Source: an uncultured delta proteobacterium
GTDB lineage: Bacteria > Myxococcota_A > UBA9160 > UBA4427
Reading direction: 5' to 3'
NCBI GenBank assembly: GCA_963822965.1
Contig: CAWGJT010000006.1
Location: forward strand, 672,001-736,000
DNA length: 64,000 nt
The notes under the pieces are model-generated. The model had not been told where the DNA came from and made no database searches. It saw nothing but the letters and a program-made list of their open reading frames with translations. Numbering within the stretch: the first letter of the stretch is position 1; each line of letters starts with the position of its first letter. Made by a program: the position numbers and the translations under genes. Below, piece after piece: positions 45,443 to 55,915 of this stretch.

Positions 45443-45952
45443 CTAGGCGTTGTAAAATGCCGCGAGGATCGTAGTGCAGAAGCCCAGCATGATGGCCGGC
45501 GGAAGGAACTCATTGCTCCGCTCCAATCTCTCGAGAATTTGCGAGACGGGAATCGCTGCAATGATGAGAGCCCACAAGATCCCGCCCGTCACGAGGCCAA
45601 CTACAGCGACCGCACCGAGGACATAAGCAGCGACCTCGAGGACGAGCCGAGGCGTCAGGCCTGGATCCGGTACTGAGTGTATGACCTTGAAGGCAACGTG
45701 AGAAAGCAAGTATAGGAGCCTGCCGAGCCCGAAGCCGACGAGGGCCAGCGCTGGGAATGCCAGCAATCCGCCCTTCTTGACTCTTGCCTGTTCCTCTTCA
45801 GTCGGCGCGAGTTCAGCCCGCCTGTCGAGTAGCTCTCGGAGGTTCTCCCCCCTCCTTCGGATCGCCTCCTCCCGGCGTTCCAGTTTCTCGGGCGGCGAGC
45901 CTGCCTCGCTTGAAGCAGTTCGCAGCTCGATCCGGTACTCAAGGGTCTGCAA
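45443..45952 (-). CDS. Hypothetical membrane protein, cassette-like (start uncertain)
   Basis: Three hydrophobic segments, lower GC. Confidence 0.5.
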   Translation of the reverse strand: MQTLEYRIELRTASSEAGSPPEKLERREEAIRRRGENLRELLDRRAELAPTEEEQARVKKGGLLAFPALALVGFGLGRLLYLLSHVAFKVIHSVPDPGLTPRLVLEVAAYVLGAVAVVGLVTGGILWALIIAAIPVSQILERLERSNEFLPPAIMLGFCTTILAAFYNA

Positions 45953-46651
45953 GAGGAGGGCCGCCTTGGAGTGGCGGCCCGACGCTCAGGGGACACAGCG
46001 GACAGCGGACGTGTCAGCGGAGGTGGGAGCGCGGCCTACCGCGGCTCCCCCGTCTCCCAGTCGAATCGGTGCCGAAGTGCGCCTCGAAGGCGCGGCGGCA
46101 GGCGTCGAGGGGCGGAAGGCGAAACACACGGGGTCGCTTGCCCCCTAGACTAGGTGCACGCCGGGTCGCGCGGCAGCTCAATGACGATGGTCTCCACAAC
46201 TCTCGCACCGGACAAGCATGGAAGCATGGAGCTTCGGACAGATCCAGAGGATTCTTCGGACGGTGGATCGTCGCGACGACGCCTTGGCAGCCACCGGTTG
46301 AGCATATGCCGCCTGCCGTCGCCAATCGGTCTCGCACACTCCCTGTGGAGAGCACATACACCAGCGAATTGTCCCCCGCGGGTCCAATTCAACGCGGGTG
46401 TGTGTAGGGATGTGTGGAGCCGAAGTCGATCGGTGGTCGCTCCTGGCGGAATGCCGAACGCGTCGAGGTCGATCTGGACCGCGAAGATATTGAGCGTCGA
46501 ATCAAACCCCGAAGTGACACCAGTATCGACAGGATCGAAGTACGTGAAGGGTGAAAATCACGAGGCGCCTGACGGTTCTACTCGGCACGACGACGCACTG
46601 AATCCTAGGGATCTCGTGGCGAGTACCGTGGCCGGCTTCACCTTCCCAACG

Positions 46652-46715
46652 GGGTTTCCGCCTCAGGTCCGGGTAGGGACGTTGTGTCAATCCCCCAGAA
46701 GGGCCCGGCGGCGGG
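46652..46715 (-). mobile_element. 84-bp junction element, copy 3 (partial, 64 bp, 2 substitutions)
   Basis: Lacks the 20 bp GAGCATAGGGCGGATGAGCC. Confidence 0.88.
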
Positions 46716-47215
46716 GGCAGAACGCGAAGGCGTGCATTCGATCAGCACCGCTGATACCTGGCGTTCTGACAACCGAGCTCCGGCGGCGCTGTCTGGTCCC
46801 GAACGGGCGTTGATGCCGATCAGGCTGAAGTCTCCCACCGTGCAGCTGTGCAGCATTACCTCGTGTCCGTCGTTGTCCCCGCGGATCACCAGGTTGAACC
46901 ACATGCTCGCCCGGGTGCCGTTCTTCGAGTCGACAGATCACAGCAATCTCGTGTGAGCTCCGCATGATCCCCTTCATCCCGACAGCATCGACTCCCCGCG
47001 TGGGTTGGAAGACGCGCCAGGCGATTGCACGGACTCCGAGAGGTCCGCGTCTTGGTGCCGAATCTTCTTGTCACTGTCACTTCAATCCGGCCACGCTGCC
47101 GCAACATCGCTGCCGCGGGTGCTAGGCTATATCCGTATCGGTCCGCGTCTGGACTCTCGCTCTTCGAGGGAATCCTTGTGCCCCCGAAGACGGCTGCACG
47201 ACGAGGTGAGCCGTC

Positions 47216-47797
47216 ATGGAACAAGCGCACCGGCCCTTGAGCCAACGGTGGGAAAGATGGAAACACGTCCTCGAGCTCGAGGAGATCATCCTTCTGGCCG
47301 CCGTGGTACTGGCCGTCATCGGAATTGCCATCACCGAGGTCTCGCCTGTCCGAAGCTACCACTACTGGCTCGGGATGATCGTCGTGTTCGCGATGGTCGC
47401 GCTCGCGCTCGGCTGGTTGAAGGCACGCAGAGAAGGTCATGACCTGAAACAACTGTTGGGGGTGCAACTCCTGCACTGGGTCGCGACCTGGGTCGCCGTG
47501 CTCGCGCTGTTCCTGATCCTGGACGCCGGACGCCTCAATTACGACAACGTCGGCCTCGTCACCCTGACCGTACTGGCGCTGTCAACGGTTCTCGAAGGCA
47601 TCCGCGTCGACTGGCGTTTCAGCATGGTCGGACTCCTGCTCGGAGCGACCGCCGTCACCGTCGCCTACGTCGAGGCATCGATCTGGTTGCTGATCGTGCT
47701 GGCCGCGCTGATCAGCGCCGCCATCGTCGTCTACGGCTATCTGCGCCGATCGAAAGCTCGAGGCCACGCCAAAGAGAACACAGAAGCAAGTCCCTAG
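47216..47797 (+). CDS. Hypothetical membrane protein (about 6 TM)
   Basis: Hydrophobic helices, GAGGTG RBS. Confidence 0.7.
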   Translation: MEQAHRPLSQRWERWKHVLELEEIILLAAVVLAVIGIAITEVSPVRSYHYWLGMIVVFAMVALALGWLKARREGHDLKQLLGVQLLHWVATWVAVLALFLILDAGRLNYDNVGLVTLTVLALSTVLEGIRVDWRFSMVGLLLGATAVTVAYVEASIWLLIVLAALISAAIVVYGYLRRSKARGHAKENTEASP

Positions 47798-47808
47798 GGA
47801 GGTTGGAG

Positions 47809-48020
47809 TCAATCGTCATCCTCGACGACGTGGCGGCTGGCGAAACGGTGATATCGCACCGCTGCAGCGATGCTCGCAACGACGCCCAGGGCCACCAGCG
47901 CCAGCCCGACCCACGACGACCACGGAACGTCCCGGAACCGATCCGGCGTGTGTCCCGCGAGCAGCAGGCCTAAGCGGTCCACCGCGAATCCCAGCACCAT
48001 GAAGGCGATCGCACCCAGGT
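47809..48020 (-). pseudogene. 3' fragment of a DUF202/YidH-like membrane protein
   Basis: AIAFMVLGFAVDRLGL...GLALVALG...AAVRY; N-terminus missing. Confidence 0.55.
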
Positions 48021-48149
48021 CAACAGGGTCCGCTCCGCGGCCAGTCGCACCAGCGCGCGGCCCGCCTCCTCGGAATCCGGGTCGCCGCGCTCGCGCGGCG
48101 CCGTGTCGGGGTCGGTGTCCATGCCGCAGAGCCGATCGCCGCGGGGGCG

Positions 48150-48545
48150 CGGCCGCCGAACGCCTGTACCGGGCGTTCGGCGACCCCGACGCCATGGTCA
48201 AATGGCTTCCGCCCTACGGCTTCACGGCCCGGGTCCACGAGATGGACGCCCGGGTCGGGGTCGGCTACCGTCGTTCACGAACTTCAGCACCGGCAATGGT
48301 CATTCGTTCGGCGGCCGCTACGTCGAGCTCAGGCCGCACGAGCGCATCCGCTACACCGACCGCTTCGACGACCCGGAGATGGCGGGCGAGATGCAGGTCA
48401 CGGTCACGCTGCGCAAGGTCGACTGCGGCACCGAGCTCGAGGTCGTGCAGGAGGGCCTGCCGGCCGTGATTCCGCTCGAGCCGTGCTACCTGGGCTGGCA
48501 GGAGTCGCTGTCGTAGCTCGCGCAGCTCGTCGAGGCCGAGATCCT
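48150..48545 (+). pseudogene. SRPBCC/AHSA1 family remnant (5' truncated, frameshift, internal stop)
   Basis: ERLYRAF.DPDAMVKWLPPYGF, SFTNFSTG, YTDRFDDP, CYLGWQESL. Confidence 0.85.
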
Positions 48546-49009
48546 GGACCGAGCAGATCCAACATCGACCTCGAAGCTCGCCAAGGGGCGCTCCTTCGGC
48601 CGCTACGAGAACTGCTACTGGCGTCTCGAGCCCGATGCGCGCTCTTGGAGCGCGCAGACCTACCTCATCGATACGTTCGATCTGGTGGACCGCTTCGGTC
48701 GCATCTCGAGCCGCAACTACGGACCTGATCGACTGCGAAGGGTACGGGACTTGCACGCGGACTCCCGCGACGAGAGACCGGGGCGCGGGAGGCGGGCGAT
48801 CGGGCCGAGCCCAGGATCGAGGTGAGGTAGAGGGGATCCGGGGGGACGTTTTGTGCAATCTGCTCGGAGCGCAGCCGACCTTGCCGGGATGCGTGCACCG
48901 GGCGCACGTGTGCCGCTGGACGCGCCTCCTTCCGGCCGCACACGCCCGCCATCGCCGTGCCGAGGGGGTCCGCCGCCGTCCGCAGGCCCGTTGCGCGGCC
49001 GCGGGCGGC

Positions 49010-50017
49010 GTGGTCCTGCTCGCCCTGGCGCTCGGCGGCGCTGCCCGGGCCGGAACGCCGCTCCCGATCCACCCGCCCGACATCCTGGCGGCTGCCTCGA
49101 CGCCCGCGGACACGATCCGCCACCTCACGTGGCTGCTCCTCGCGATCACCGGAGCGATCTTCGTCGTGGTCGAAGGCACGCTCTTGTGGGCGGTGCTCCG
49201 ATACCGGCGGCGAGGCGCACGCCCGGAGGACGACCCCGATCCGCCGCAGGTCTACGGGAGCAATCCCATCGAGCTCGCCTGGACGGTCGCCCCCCTGATC
49301 GTCGTCTTCGTCCTCTTCCTCGTGACGTCGCGCGTGGTCTTCTCCCTCGAACGCGACACCGTGACCCCCGATGCCCTGGTCGTCGACGTGATCGGACACC
49401 AGTGGTGGTGGGAGCTGCGCTATCCCGGTCTCGGCGTGGTCACCGCCAACGAGCTGCACCTTCCGCTCGAAGACCCGCCGCGGCCGGTGTACCTGCGGCT
49501 CGCCTCCGCCGACGTGATCCACAGCTTCTGGGTGCCCGCGCTGGCAGGCAAGCTCGACCTCATTCCGAACCACGAGAACCTCCTGTGGATCGAGCCGCAC
49601 GAGGCGGGCGTCTACCTCGGTCAGTGTGCGGAGTACTGCGGCACGCAGCACGCGCACATGCGGGTGCGGGTCGTGGTAGAGCCGGAGGCCGACTTCCGGC
49701 GCTGGATCGAGGCCCAGCGGTCGCCGGCCGAAGCCGAGCCGGCGGTGGCGGCGGGTCGCCGCGTCTTCGATTCCTACGCCTGCACGAATTGTCACCGGGT
49801 CCGGGGCACCGCCGCGGCGGGCGCCGTCGGCCCCGACCTCACCCACCTGATGAGTCGCGCGACGCTCGGAGCGGGGGTCGCGCCGAACGACGCCGACCAT
49901 CTGCGGGCGTGGGTCGAGAACCCCGATGACCTGAAGCCCGGCGTGCAGATGCCGGCTCTCGGTCTCGACGATCTCCAGATCACCGCTCTGGTGTCGTACC
50001 TCAGGACGCTGCGCTAG
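49010..50017 (+). CDS. coxB: Cytochrome c oxidase subunit II with fused cytochrome c (caa3 type; start uncertain)
   Basis: GHQWWW, DVIHSFW, CuA motif CAEYCGTQHAHM, CTNCH. Confidence 0.95.
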   Translation: MVLLALALGGAARAGTPLPIHPPDILAAASTPADTIRHLTWLLLAITGAIFVVVEGTLLWAVLRYRRRGARPEDDPDPPQVYGSNPIELAWTVAPLIVVFVLFLVTSRVVFSLERDTVTPDALVVDVIGHQWWWELRYPGLGVVTANELHLPLEDPPRPVYLRLASADVIHSFWVPALAGKLDLIPNHENLLWIEPHEAGVYLGQCAEYCGTQHAHMRVRVVVEPEADFRRWIEAQRSPAEAEPAVAAGRRVFDSYACTNCHRVRGTAAAGAVGPDLTHLMSRATLGAGVAPNDADHLRAWVENPDDLKPGVQMPALGLDDLQITALVSYLRTLR

Positions 50018-50044
50018 GTCAACGGGAGGCGGAAAGGAAAGAGC

Positions 50045-51715
50045 ATGACGACGTTCGATGTTCCCGCCAGCGGCTCCGTCCGACGGCCTTCGTGGGTGTC
50101 GCGTCTCCACGGTTGGACCACGACCGTCGACCACAAGCGCATCGGGCTGCTCTACATCGGAACTTCGTTCGGATTCTTCGGGGTCGCGGGCCTCGAGGCG
50201 GTGGCGATGCGCTGGCAGCTCGCCAGGCCCGAGGCCACCGTGCTGTCGCCGCAGGTCTACGATCGCCTCTTCACCATGCACGGCACCACGATGATCTTCC
50301 TCTTCGGCATGCCGCTCCTCTTCGGGTTCGGAAACTACCTGGTGCCGCTCATGATCGGCACCCGCGACCTGGCCTTTCCGCGCATCAACGCGCTGGGCTA
50401 CTGGCTCTACCTCTTCGGCGGCATCCTGCTCTATTCGAGCTTCCTGGGCGGACCGGGCATCTACGGCGCGGGCAGCGCACCCGACGTCGGCTGGTTCGCG
50501 TACGCGCCACTCACCAGTCACGCCTTCTCGCGTGGGCACTCGACCGACTACTGGATCCTCGGCCTGCTCGTGGCGGGCTTCGGCACGCTCGCGACCGCGG
50601 CCAACCTGACCGCCACCATCCTCACCATGCGCTGTCGGGGCATGAGCCTCGATCGCATGCCGATCTTCGTGTGGATGATGCTGGTGACCTCGGCCATGGC
50701 CCTCTTCGCTCTGCCTCCCCTCACCGGCGCGCAGGTGATGCTGCTCTTCGACCGCACCCTGGGAGCCCACTTCTTCGACCCCCGGGCCGGCGGGTCCGTT
50801 CTCCTGTGGCAGCACCTCTTCTGGTTCTTCGGGCATCCCGAGGTGTACATCCTGGTGCTTCCGGCCTTCGGCTTCGTCTCGGAGATCGTGCCGGTGTTCT
50901 CCCGCAAGGTGATCTTCGGCTACCCGCTGATGGTGGCCGCCACCGTGGCGATCGGGTTCATCAGCTTCGGGGTGTGGGCGCACCACATGTTCGCAGTCGG
51001 CATGAGCGCGCCGCTGAACGCCGTCTTCTCGGGGGCCAGCTTCCTGATCGCCGTGCCCACCGGGATCAAGGTGTTCAACTGGATGGCGACCCTGGTCGGC
51101 GGGCGGATCCGCTTCGCCACGCCGATGATGTTCTGTGTCGCGTTCCTGGCGCAGTTCGTGTTCGGCGGTCTCACCGGCATCATGCTCGCCACCGTGCCTT
51201 TCGACTGGCAGGTCACCGACAGCTACTTCGTCGTGGCGCACTTCCACTACGTCCTGGGCGGGGGCACGCTCTTCGCGGCGATGGCTGCGCTCTACTACTG
51301 GTTCCCGAAGATGACCGGACGCATGCTCTCGGAGCGACTGGGACGCTGGCACTTCTGGCTCTTCGTCTTCGGCTTCAACCTCACCTTCCTGCCCATGCAC
51401 GTGCTCGGCCTGCTCGGCATGCCGCGTCGGGTGTACACGTATCCGACCGGGATGGGCCTCGAGGGGTGGAACCTCGCGGCGTCGGCGGGCGTTCTGCTCC
51501 AGGCGGTGGGCACCGCGGTGCTGATCGTGAACGTCGTGCTCGCCCTGCGGCGCGGCCCCCGGGCCGGACCCGACCCCTGGGACGCCTGGACGCTCGAATG
51601 GTCCACCGCGTCGCCGCCTCCGGCCTACGACTTCGCGACCCTGCCCGAGGTCGAGAGCCGCCGACCCCTCTGGGACCGCAAGCACCCGGAGGACCCGGAT
51701 GGCATCTATGAGTGA
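50045..51715 (+). CDS. coxA: Cytochrome c oxidase subunit I (A1 type)
   Basis: DHKRIG, TMHGT, FWFFGHPEVY, VWAHHMF, VAHFHY, GMPRR. Confidence 0.97.
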   Translation: MTTFDVPASGSVRRPSWVSRLHGWTTTVDHKRIGLLYIGTSFGFFGVAGLEAVAMRWQLARPEATVLSPQVYDRLFTMHGTTMIFLFGMPLLFGFGNYLVPLMIGTRDLAFPRINALGYWLYLFGGILLYSSFLGGPGIYGAGSAPDVGWFAYAPLTSHAFSRGHSTDYWILGLLVAGFGTLATAANLTATILTMRCRGMSLDRMPIFVWMMLVTSAMALFALPPLTGAQVMLLFDRTLGAHFFDPRAGGSVLLWQHLFWFFGHPEVYILVLPAFGFVSEIVPVFSRKVIFGYPLMVAATVAIGFISFGVWAHHMFAVGMSAPLNAVFSGASFLIAVPTGIKVFNWMATLVGGRIRFATPMMFCVAFLAQFVFGGLTGIMLATVPFDWQVTDSYFVVAHFHYVLGGGTLFAAMAALYYWFPKMTGRMLSERLGRWHFWLFVFGFNLTFLPMHVLGLLGMPRRVYTYPTGMGLEGWNLAASAGVLLQAVGTAVLIVNVVLALRRGPRAGPDPWDAWTLEWSTASPPPAYDFATLPEVESRRPLWDRKHPEDPDGIYE

Positions 51716-52304
51716 ATCGCTCCGCGGTCGTCGCCACGACGGCGTCGAGCCCTTCGCATTCACGCGGGCCCAGGTGGGCATGCTGGGCCTGATCGCGTCG
51801 GAGTCGACCTTCTTCCTCACATTCATGGTCACGTACCTCTTCTACGTCGGGCACAGCCTCACACCTCCCTATCCGAACCAGGTGCTCGAGCTGCCCTTGG
51901 CGGGCAGCGTGTGCCTGCTCTCGAGCAGCTGGACGATCGCCCGCTCGCTGCGCGGCCTGCGCGGCGGGCGGCCGCGCGACTTTCTCGGATGGTGGCTCCT
52001 CACCATCGGGCTCGGTACGGCGTTCCTCGCGAGCACGGCCCTCGAGTGGCATCGGCTCATCGTGCACGAGGGGCTGACCATCGCCACCAATCTGTTCGGT
52101 ACGAGCTTCTATTCGCTGGTGGGGCTCCACGCGGCGCACGTGGCGGTGGGTCTCGTGCTGCTGGCGACCGTGGGCGCACTGGCCGCCCGCGGCCACGTGC
52201 GGCCCGACCACCACGACCGCGTCGAGCTGCTGTCGTGGTACTGGCACTTCGTGGACGCCGTCTGGGTCGTCGTGCTGGCGACGGTGTACGGGATCGGTCG
52301 ATGA
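51699..52304 (+). CDS. coxC: Cytochrome c oxidase subunit III
   Basis: IASESTFF, FYSLVGLHAAHV, YWHFVDAVW. Confidence 0.93.
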   Translation: MASMSESLRGRRHDGVEPFAFTRAQVGMLGLIASESTFFLTFMVTYLFYVGHSLTPPYPNQVLELPLAGSVCLLSSSWTIARSLRGLRGGRPRDFLGWWLLTIGLGTAFLASTALEWHRLIVHEGLTIATNLFGTSFYSLVGLHAAHVAVGLVLLATVGALAARGHVRPDHHDRVELLSWYWHFVDAVWVVVLATVYGIGR

Positions 52305-53146
52305 GCGACACGATGCGCGACGATCGCGAGCCCCGGGTGGAGATGCCGGCGCCGACGGCCTGGCCCCTGGTCACGGCCTTCGGCGTGGCGCTGGCATTTG
52401 CCGGGCTGGTCACGAGCGCCGTCCTCGGCGTCGTCGGTCTCGCTCTGATGTTCGTGGGCGCCGTGGGCGGCGTGCGGGAGGTGCTGCCCGCCGAACGCCG
52501 CGAGACGATGGAAGTGGAGCCGCCGCCCCGGCTGCCGGCCGCGGCGCGCATGCCCCACCGGCCAGGCGAGTCGCGGCACCGCATGCGCATCCCAGGGCGG
52601 GTCCATCCGTACGCTGCGGGCCTTCGCGGTGGGGTCGCCGGTGGCGTTGCCATGGCGCTGGTGGCGGTGCTCTACGGGGTGGTCGACCAGGGAAGCCCAT
52701 GGCTGCCGATCAATCTGCTCGCTGCCGTGGCGGTGCCCTCGCTCGCGGGTACCGGCCTCGAAGGCCTCCGCGCGTTCCATGCCGCGGGCTTCGCTCTCGC
52801 GTGCCTCGTCCACGGGGTGGTCTCCGCGGGGGTGGGCCTCCTCTACGGGGTCCTCCTTCCGATGCTGCCCGGGCCGGTGACGCCGTGGGGCGTGGTGATC
52901 GCTCCGCTGCTCTGGTCGGGGGTGCTGCGCGCGACCCTCGACTTGATCAATCCGGCGCTCGCTGCCCGCATCGACTGGCCGTGGTTCGTCGCCTCCCAGG
53001 TCGCCTTCGGCCTGGTGGCGGGCGTGGTGGTAGCCCGTTCCCACAGCATCGCCGTGCTCCAGCGCCTGCCGCTGCGCGAGCGCGCCGGGCTCCGGCTGGG
53101 GAGTGGGACGGATGGCGGGTCGAACGGGTCGGGAGAGCACCGGTGA
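52301..53146 (+). CDS. Oxidase-associated membrane protein (subunit IV-like N-terminus)
   Basis: MPAPTAWPLV start, multiple TMs, translationally coupled. Confidence 0.7.
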   Translation: MSDTMRDDREPRVEMPAPTAWPLVTAFGVALAFAGLVTSAVLGVVGLALMFVGAVGGVREVLPAERRETMEVEPPPRLPAAARMPHRPGESRHRMRIPGRVHPYAAGLRGGVAGGVAMALVAVLYGVVDQGSPWLPINLLAAVAVPSLAGTGLEGLRAFHAAGFALACLVHGVVSAGVGLLYGVLLPMLPGPVTPWGVVIAPLLWSGVLRATLDLINPALAARIDWPWFVASQVAFGLVAGVVVARSHSIAVLQRLPLRERAGLRLGSGTDGGSNGSGEHR

Positions 53147-53895
53147 GGCGGAGGCTGGAGTGGGACCCGGAGCGACGAGGGCGCTGCGTATGCCTGGCGA
53201 TGTTGGCCCTCGGCGCCTCGCTCGCAATCGCGTGCGAGTGGCCGCCCGGCCGGCCGCGCCTCGCCGACCGCCCGGTTCCCGCGGCTCGGACCCGCGACTT
53301 CGCGACTCTCTACGGTCGGCACTGTGCCGGCTGCCACGGCGCCGACGGCACGCTCGGCGCTGCCCGTCCCCTCGCGGATTCCCTGTACCTGGCCTGGGCC
53401 GGCGATGCACACCTGAGACGAGCGATCGCCGAGGGCATTCCGGGAACGTTGATGCCCGGATTCGCGCGCGACGCCGGCGGAGCGCTCGGTGAGGATCAGA
53501 TCGAGGTGCTGGTGCGCGGTCTGCGCCAGCGCGCGACGACCGGGACGCCGTCCGGCCTCCCGCCCTACGAGCCGGCGTCACCGGGCGATCCGGCCCACGG
53601 ACAGCTCGTCTTCGCGGCGCGCTGCGCGAGCTGTCACGGTCCCGACGGAGCGGGTGGAGCGGTCACCGACCCGGCGTATCTCTCGATCGTCTCCGACCGG
53701 GCGCTGCGCGCCGCGATCGTGGCCGGGCGGATCGACCTCGGCATGCCGGACTATCGCGGCGGGTCGGACCCTGCGGCCGCGCCGCTGCGGGTTCGGGAGA
53801 TCGACGACCTGCTGGCCTGGCTGGCCGCCCAGCGTCCCACGCCGGCCGGACCGATCGGCCGAGCAGGCGAGCGGACGGAGGAGGCGCCACGATGA
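53143..53895 (+). CDS. Dihaem cytochrome c lipoprotein
   Basis: AIAC lipobox, CAGCH and CASCH. Confidence 0.9.
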   Translation: MRRRLEWDPERRGRCVCLAMLALGASLAIACEWPPGRPRLADRPVPAARTRDFATLYGRHCAGCHGADGTLGAARPLADSLYLAWAGDAHLRRAIAEGIPGTLMPGFARDAGGALGEDQIEVLVRGLRQRATTGTPSGLPPYEPASPGDPAHGQLVFAARCASCHGPDGAGGAVTDPAYLSIVSDRALRAAIVAGRIDLGMPDYRGGSDPAAAPLRVREIDDLLAWLAAQRPTPAGPIGRAGERTEEAPR

Positions 53896-54434
53896 GCAGC
53901 TCGGACGCGAGCGGGCGCGACGACGCGCGGGAGCCGGCGGCGGGGTACTCCCGGCGCGGTGTCCTCGTCGCCCTGGGTGCCGGCCTGGTCGCGATCGGCG
54001 CGACCTTGCTGGTCGTCCCGGTCCTCGGCCCTCTCCTCTCGAGCGCCGTGCGCTTCGCGGGGAAGCGGGCCTGGGCGTCGCTGGGGCCGGTCGACGCCTT
54101 TCCGCGGGGATCCACCCGGCTCGCCCACTACCGCAACCCCTTCACCGTCTCCTGGGACGGGGAGACCGCCACGATTCCCTGCTGGGTCCGACGCGGGCAG
54201 GGCGACGAGTTCCAGGTCTTCTCGGTGCACTGCACCCACCTCGGCTGTCCGGTGCGCTGGTTCGAGGGGTCGGGCCTGTTCCTGTGCCCGTGCCACGGCG
54301 GCGTCTTCTACGCCGACGGGCGACGCGCGGCCGGTCCGCCGCCGCGCGATCTCTACCGCTACCCGCACCGCATCCGCGACGGGCACCTCCAGGTGCGCGG
54401 CGGGGAGCTGCCGTCCCTCGCGGAGCCGCTGTGA
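53892..54434 (+). CDS. Rieske 2Fe-2S subunit
   Basis: SRRGVL Tat-like signal, CTHLGC, CPCHG. Confidence 0.93.
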   Translation: MSSSDASGRDDAREPAAGYSRRGVLVALGAGLVAIGATLLVVPVLGPLLSSAVRFAGKRAWASLGPVDAFPRGSTRLAHYRNPFTVSWDGETATIPCWVRRGQGDEFQVFSVHCTHLGCPVRWFEGSGLFLCPCHGGVFYADGRRAAGPPPRDLYRYPHRIRDGHLQVRGGELPSLAEPL

Positions 54435-55915
54435 GAGCGCGACTCGCGGCCGTCGCGCGCTGGCTCGATGCGCGCCTCGGCGTCGGCTCGCCGATCGCCG
54501 AGCTGGCGCACCATCCGATTCCAGCCGGCTCGGCGAGCTGGTTCTACGTCCTGGGCTCGGCGACGCTCGCCTGCTTCGGCGTGCTGGTCGCGAGCGGAAT
54601 CGCACTGAGCCTCTTCTACGTGCCGTCGGCACGGGATGCGTGGTCGAGCCTCGACCATCTCACGTACGTCGTTCCCCTGGGTTGGCTGCTGCGCGCGGTC
54701 CACTACTGGGCGTCGAACTTCATGGTGGCGCTCCTGCTCCTGCACGCCGTACAGGTATTCCTCTTCGGAGCCTACAAGTACCCCCGCGAGCTGACCTGGG
54801 TGGTGGGTGTGGGGCTGCTGCTCGCGACGCTCGCGAACGCCTTCACGGGGCAGGTGCTGCGCTTCGACCAGGACGCCTACTGGGGGATCGGGATCGGGGC
54901 GGCCATCGCGGGTCGCACTCCCGGGATCGGCGCCGAGGTCGTCCACCTGCTCCTGGGCGGGCCGATCGTAGGCGGGCGAACACTGTCGCGCTTCTTCACC
55001 CTCCACACCTTCGTGGTGCCCGGCGCGATCGCCACGCTCGTGCTCCTCCACCTGCGTCTGGTGCTGCGCCTCGGCGTGAGCGAGCCGCCGGTGGCCGGGC
55101 AACCGGTCGATCCCCGGAACGAGCGCGCGCGCTATGCGTCGCTGATCGAGCGACACGGCATCCCCTTCTTTCCCCGCGCCGCCTGGCGAGACCTGGTCTT
55201 CACGGGCTGCGTGCTGCTGGGCATCGTCGCCTTCGCCCTGATCTTCGGGCCCAAGGGGCCCGGGGAAGCGCCCGACCCCACACAGATCCACACGACGCCG
55301 CGTCCCGACTTCTACTTCCTGTGGCTCTTCGCCCTGCTGGCGCTGCTGCCGCCCCGGGTCGAAACCCCGCTGCTGCTGGTGGCACCAGTGCTGGTGGTGG
55401 GGCTGCTCGTGGCCGTGCCGTTCGTGGCCGGCCGCGGAGAGCGCCATCCCCGGCGGCGACCGGTGGCCGTGCTGGGCACGATCGTCCTCTTCACCGCTCT
55501 CGGCGTGCTGACGCGCATGGGCGAGACGTCGCCCTGGTCGCCCGTGATGGATGCCTGGAGCGCCCTGCCCACGCCCCCTGGCTACGTCCGCGGCCGTACG
55601 CCCCTCGAGCTCCAGGGTGCCCTGCTGGTGCAGCAGAAGCAGTGTCGCAACTGCCACGCGCTGGGTGGGACGGGTGGCCGGCGCGGTCCTGCCCTCGACG
55701 GCGTCGCCGATCGGCTCACGCACGACGAGCTGGTGCGCCAGGTGCTCCAGGGCGGCGGGAACATGCCGGCGTACGGCAAGCGGCTCGACCCGGCCGAGGT
55801 GGACGCGCTGGTGGCGTTCCTGCAGACGCTCGGATCGCCCGAGGATCGGGCGCGGGGTGCGGACACGAGCGATCGCGGCGCGACACCCGGAGCCTCCGGT
55901 GCCCCTCGCGGTTGA
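54431..55915 (+). CDS. Cytochrome b with C-terminal cytochrome c domain
   Basis: Four haem-ligand His, PRELTW, Qo motif PDFY, CRNCH. Confidence 0.93.
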   Translation: MRARLAAVARWLDARLGVGSPIAELAHHPIPAGSASWFYVLGSATLACFGVLVASGIALSLFYVPSARDAWSSLDHLTYVVPLGWLLRAVHYWASNFMVALLLLHAVQVFLFGAYKYPRELTWVVGVGLLLATLANAFTGQVLRFDQDAYWGIGIGAAIAGRTPGIGAEVVHLLLGGPIVGGRTLSRFFTLHTFVVPGAIATLVLLHLRLVLRLGVSEPPVAGQPVDPRNERARYASLIERHGIPFFPRAAWRDLVFTGCVLLGIVAFALIFGPKGPGEAPDPTQIHTTPRPDFYFLWLFALLALLPPRVETPLLLVAPVLVVGLLVAVPFVAGRGERHPRRRPVAVLGTIVLFTALGVLTRMGETSPWSPVMDAWSALPTPPGYVRGRTPLELQGALLVQQKQCRNCHALGGTGGRRGPALDGVADRLTHDELVRQVLQGGGNMPAYGKRLDPAEVDALVAFLQTLGSPEDRARGADTSDRGATPGASGAPRG

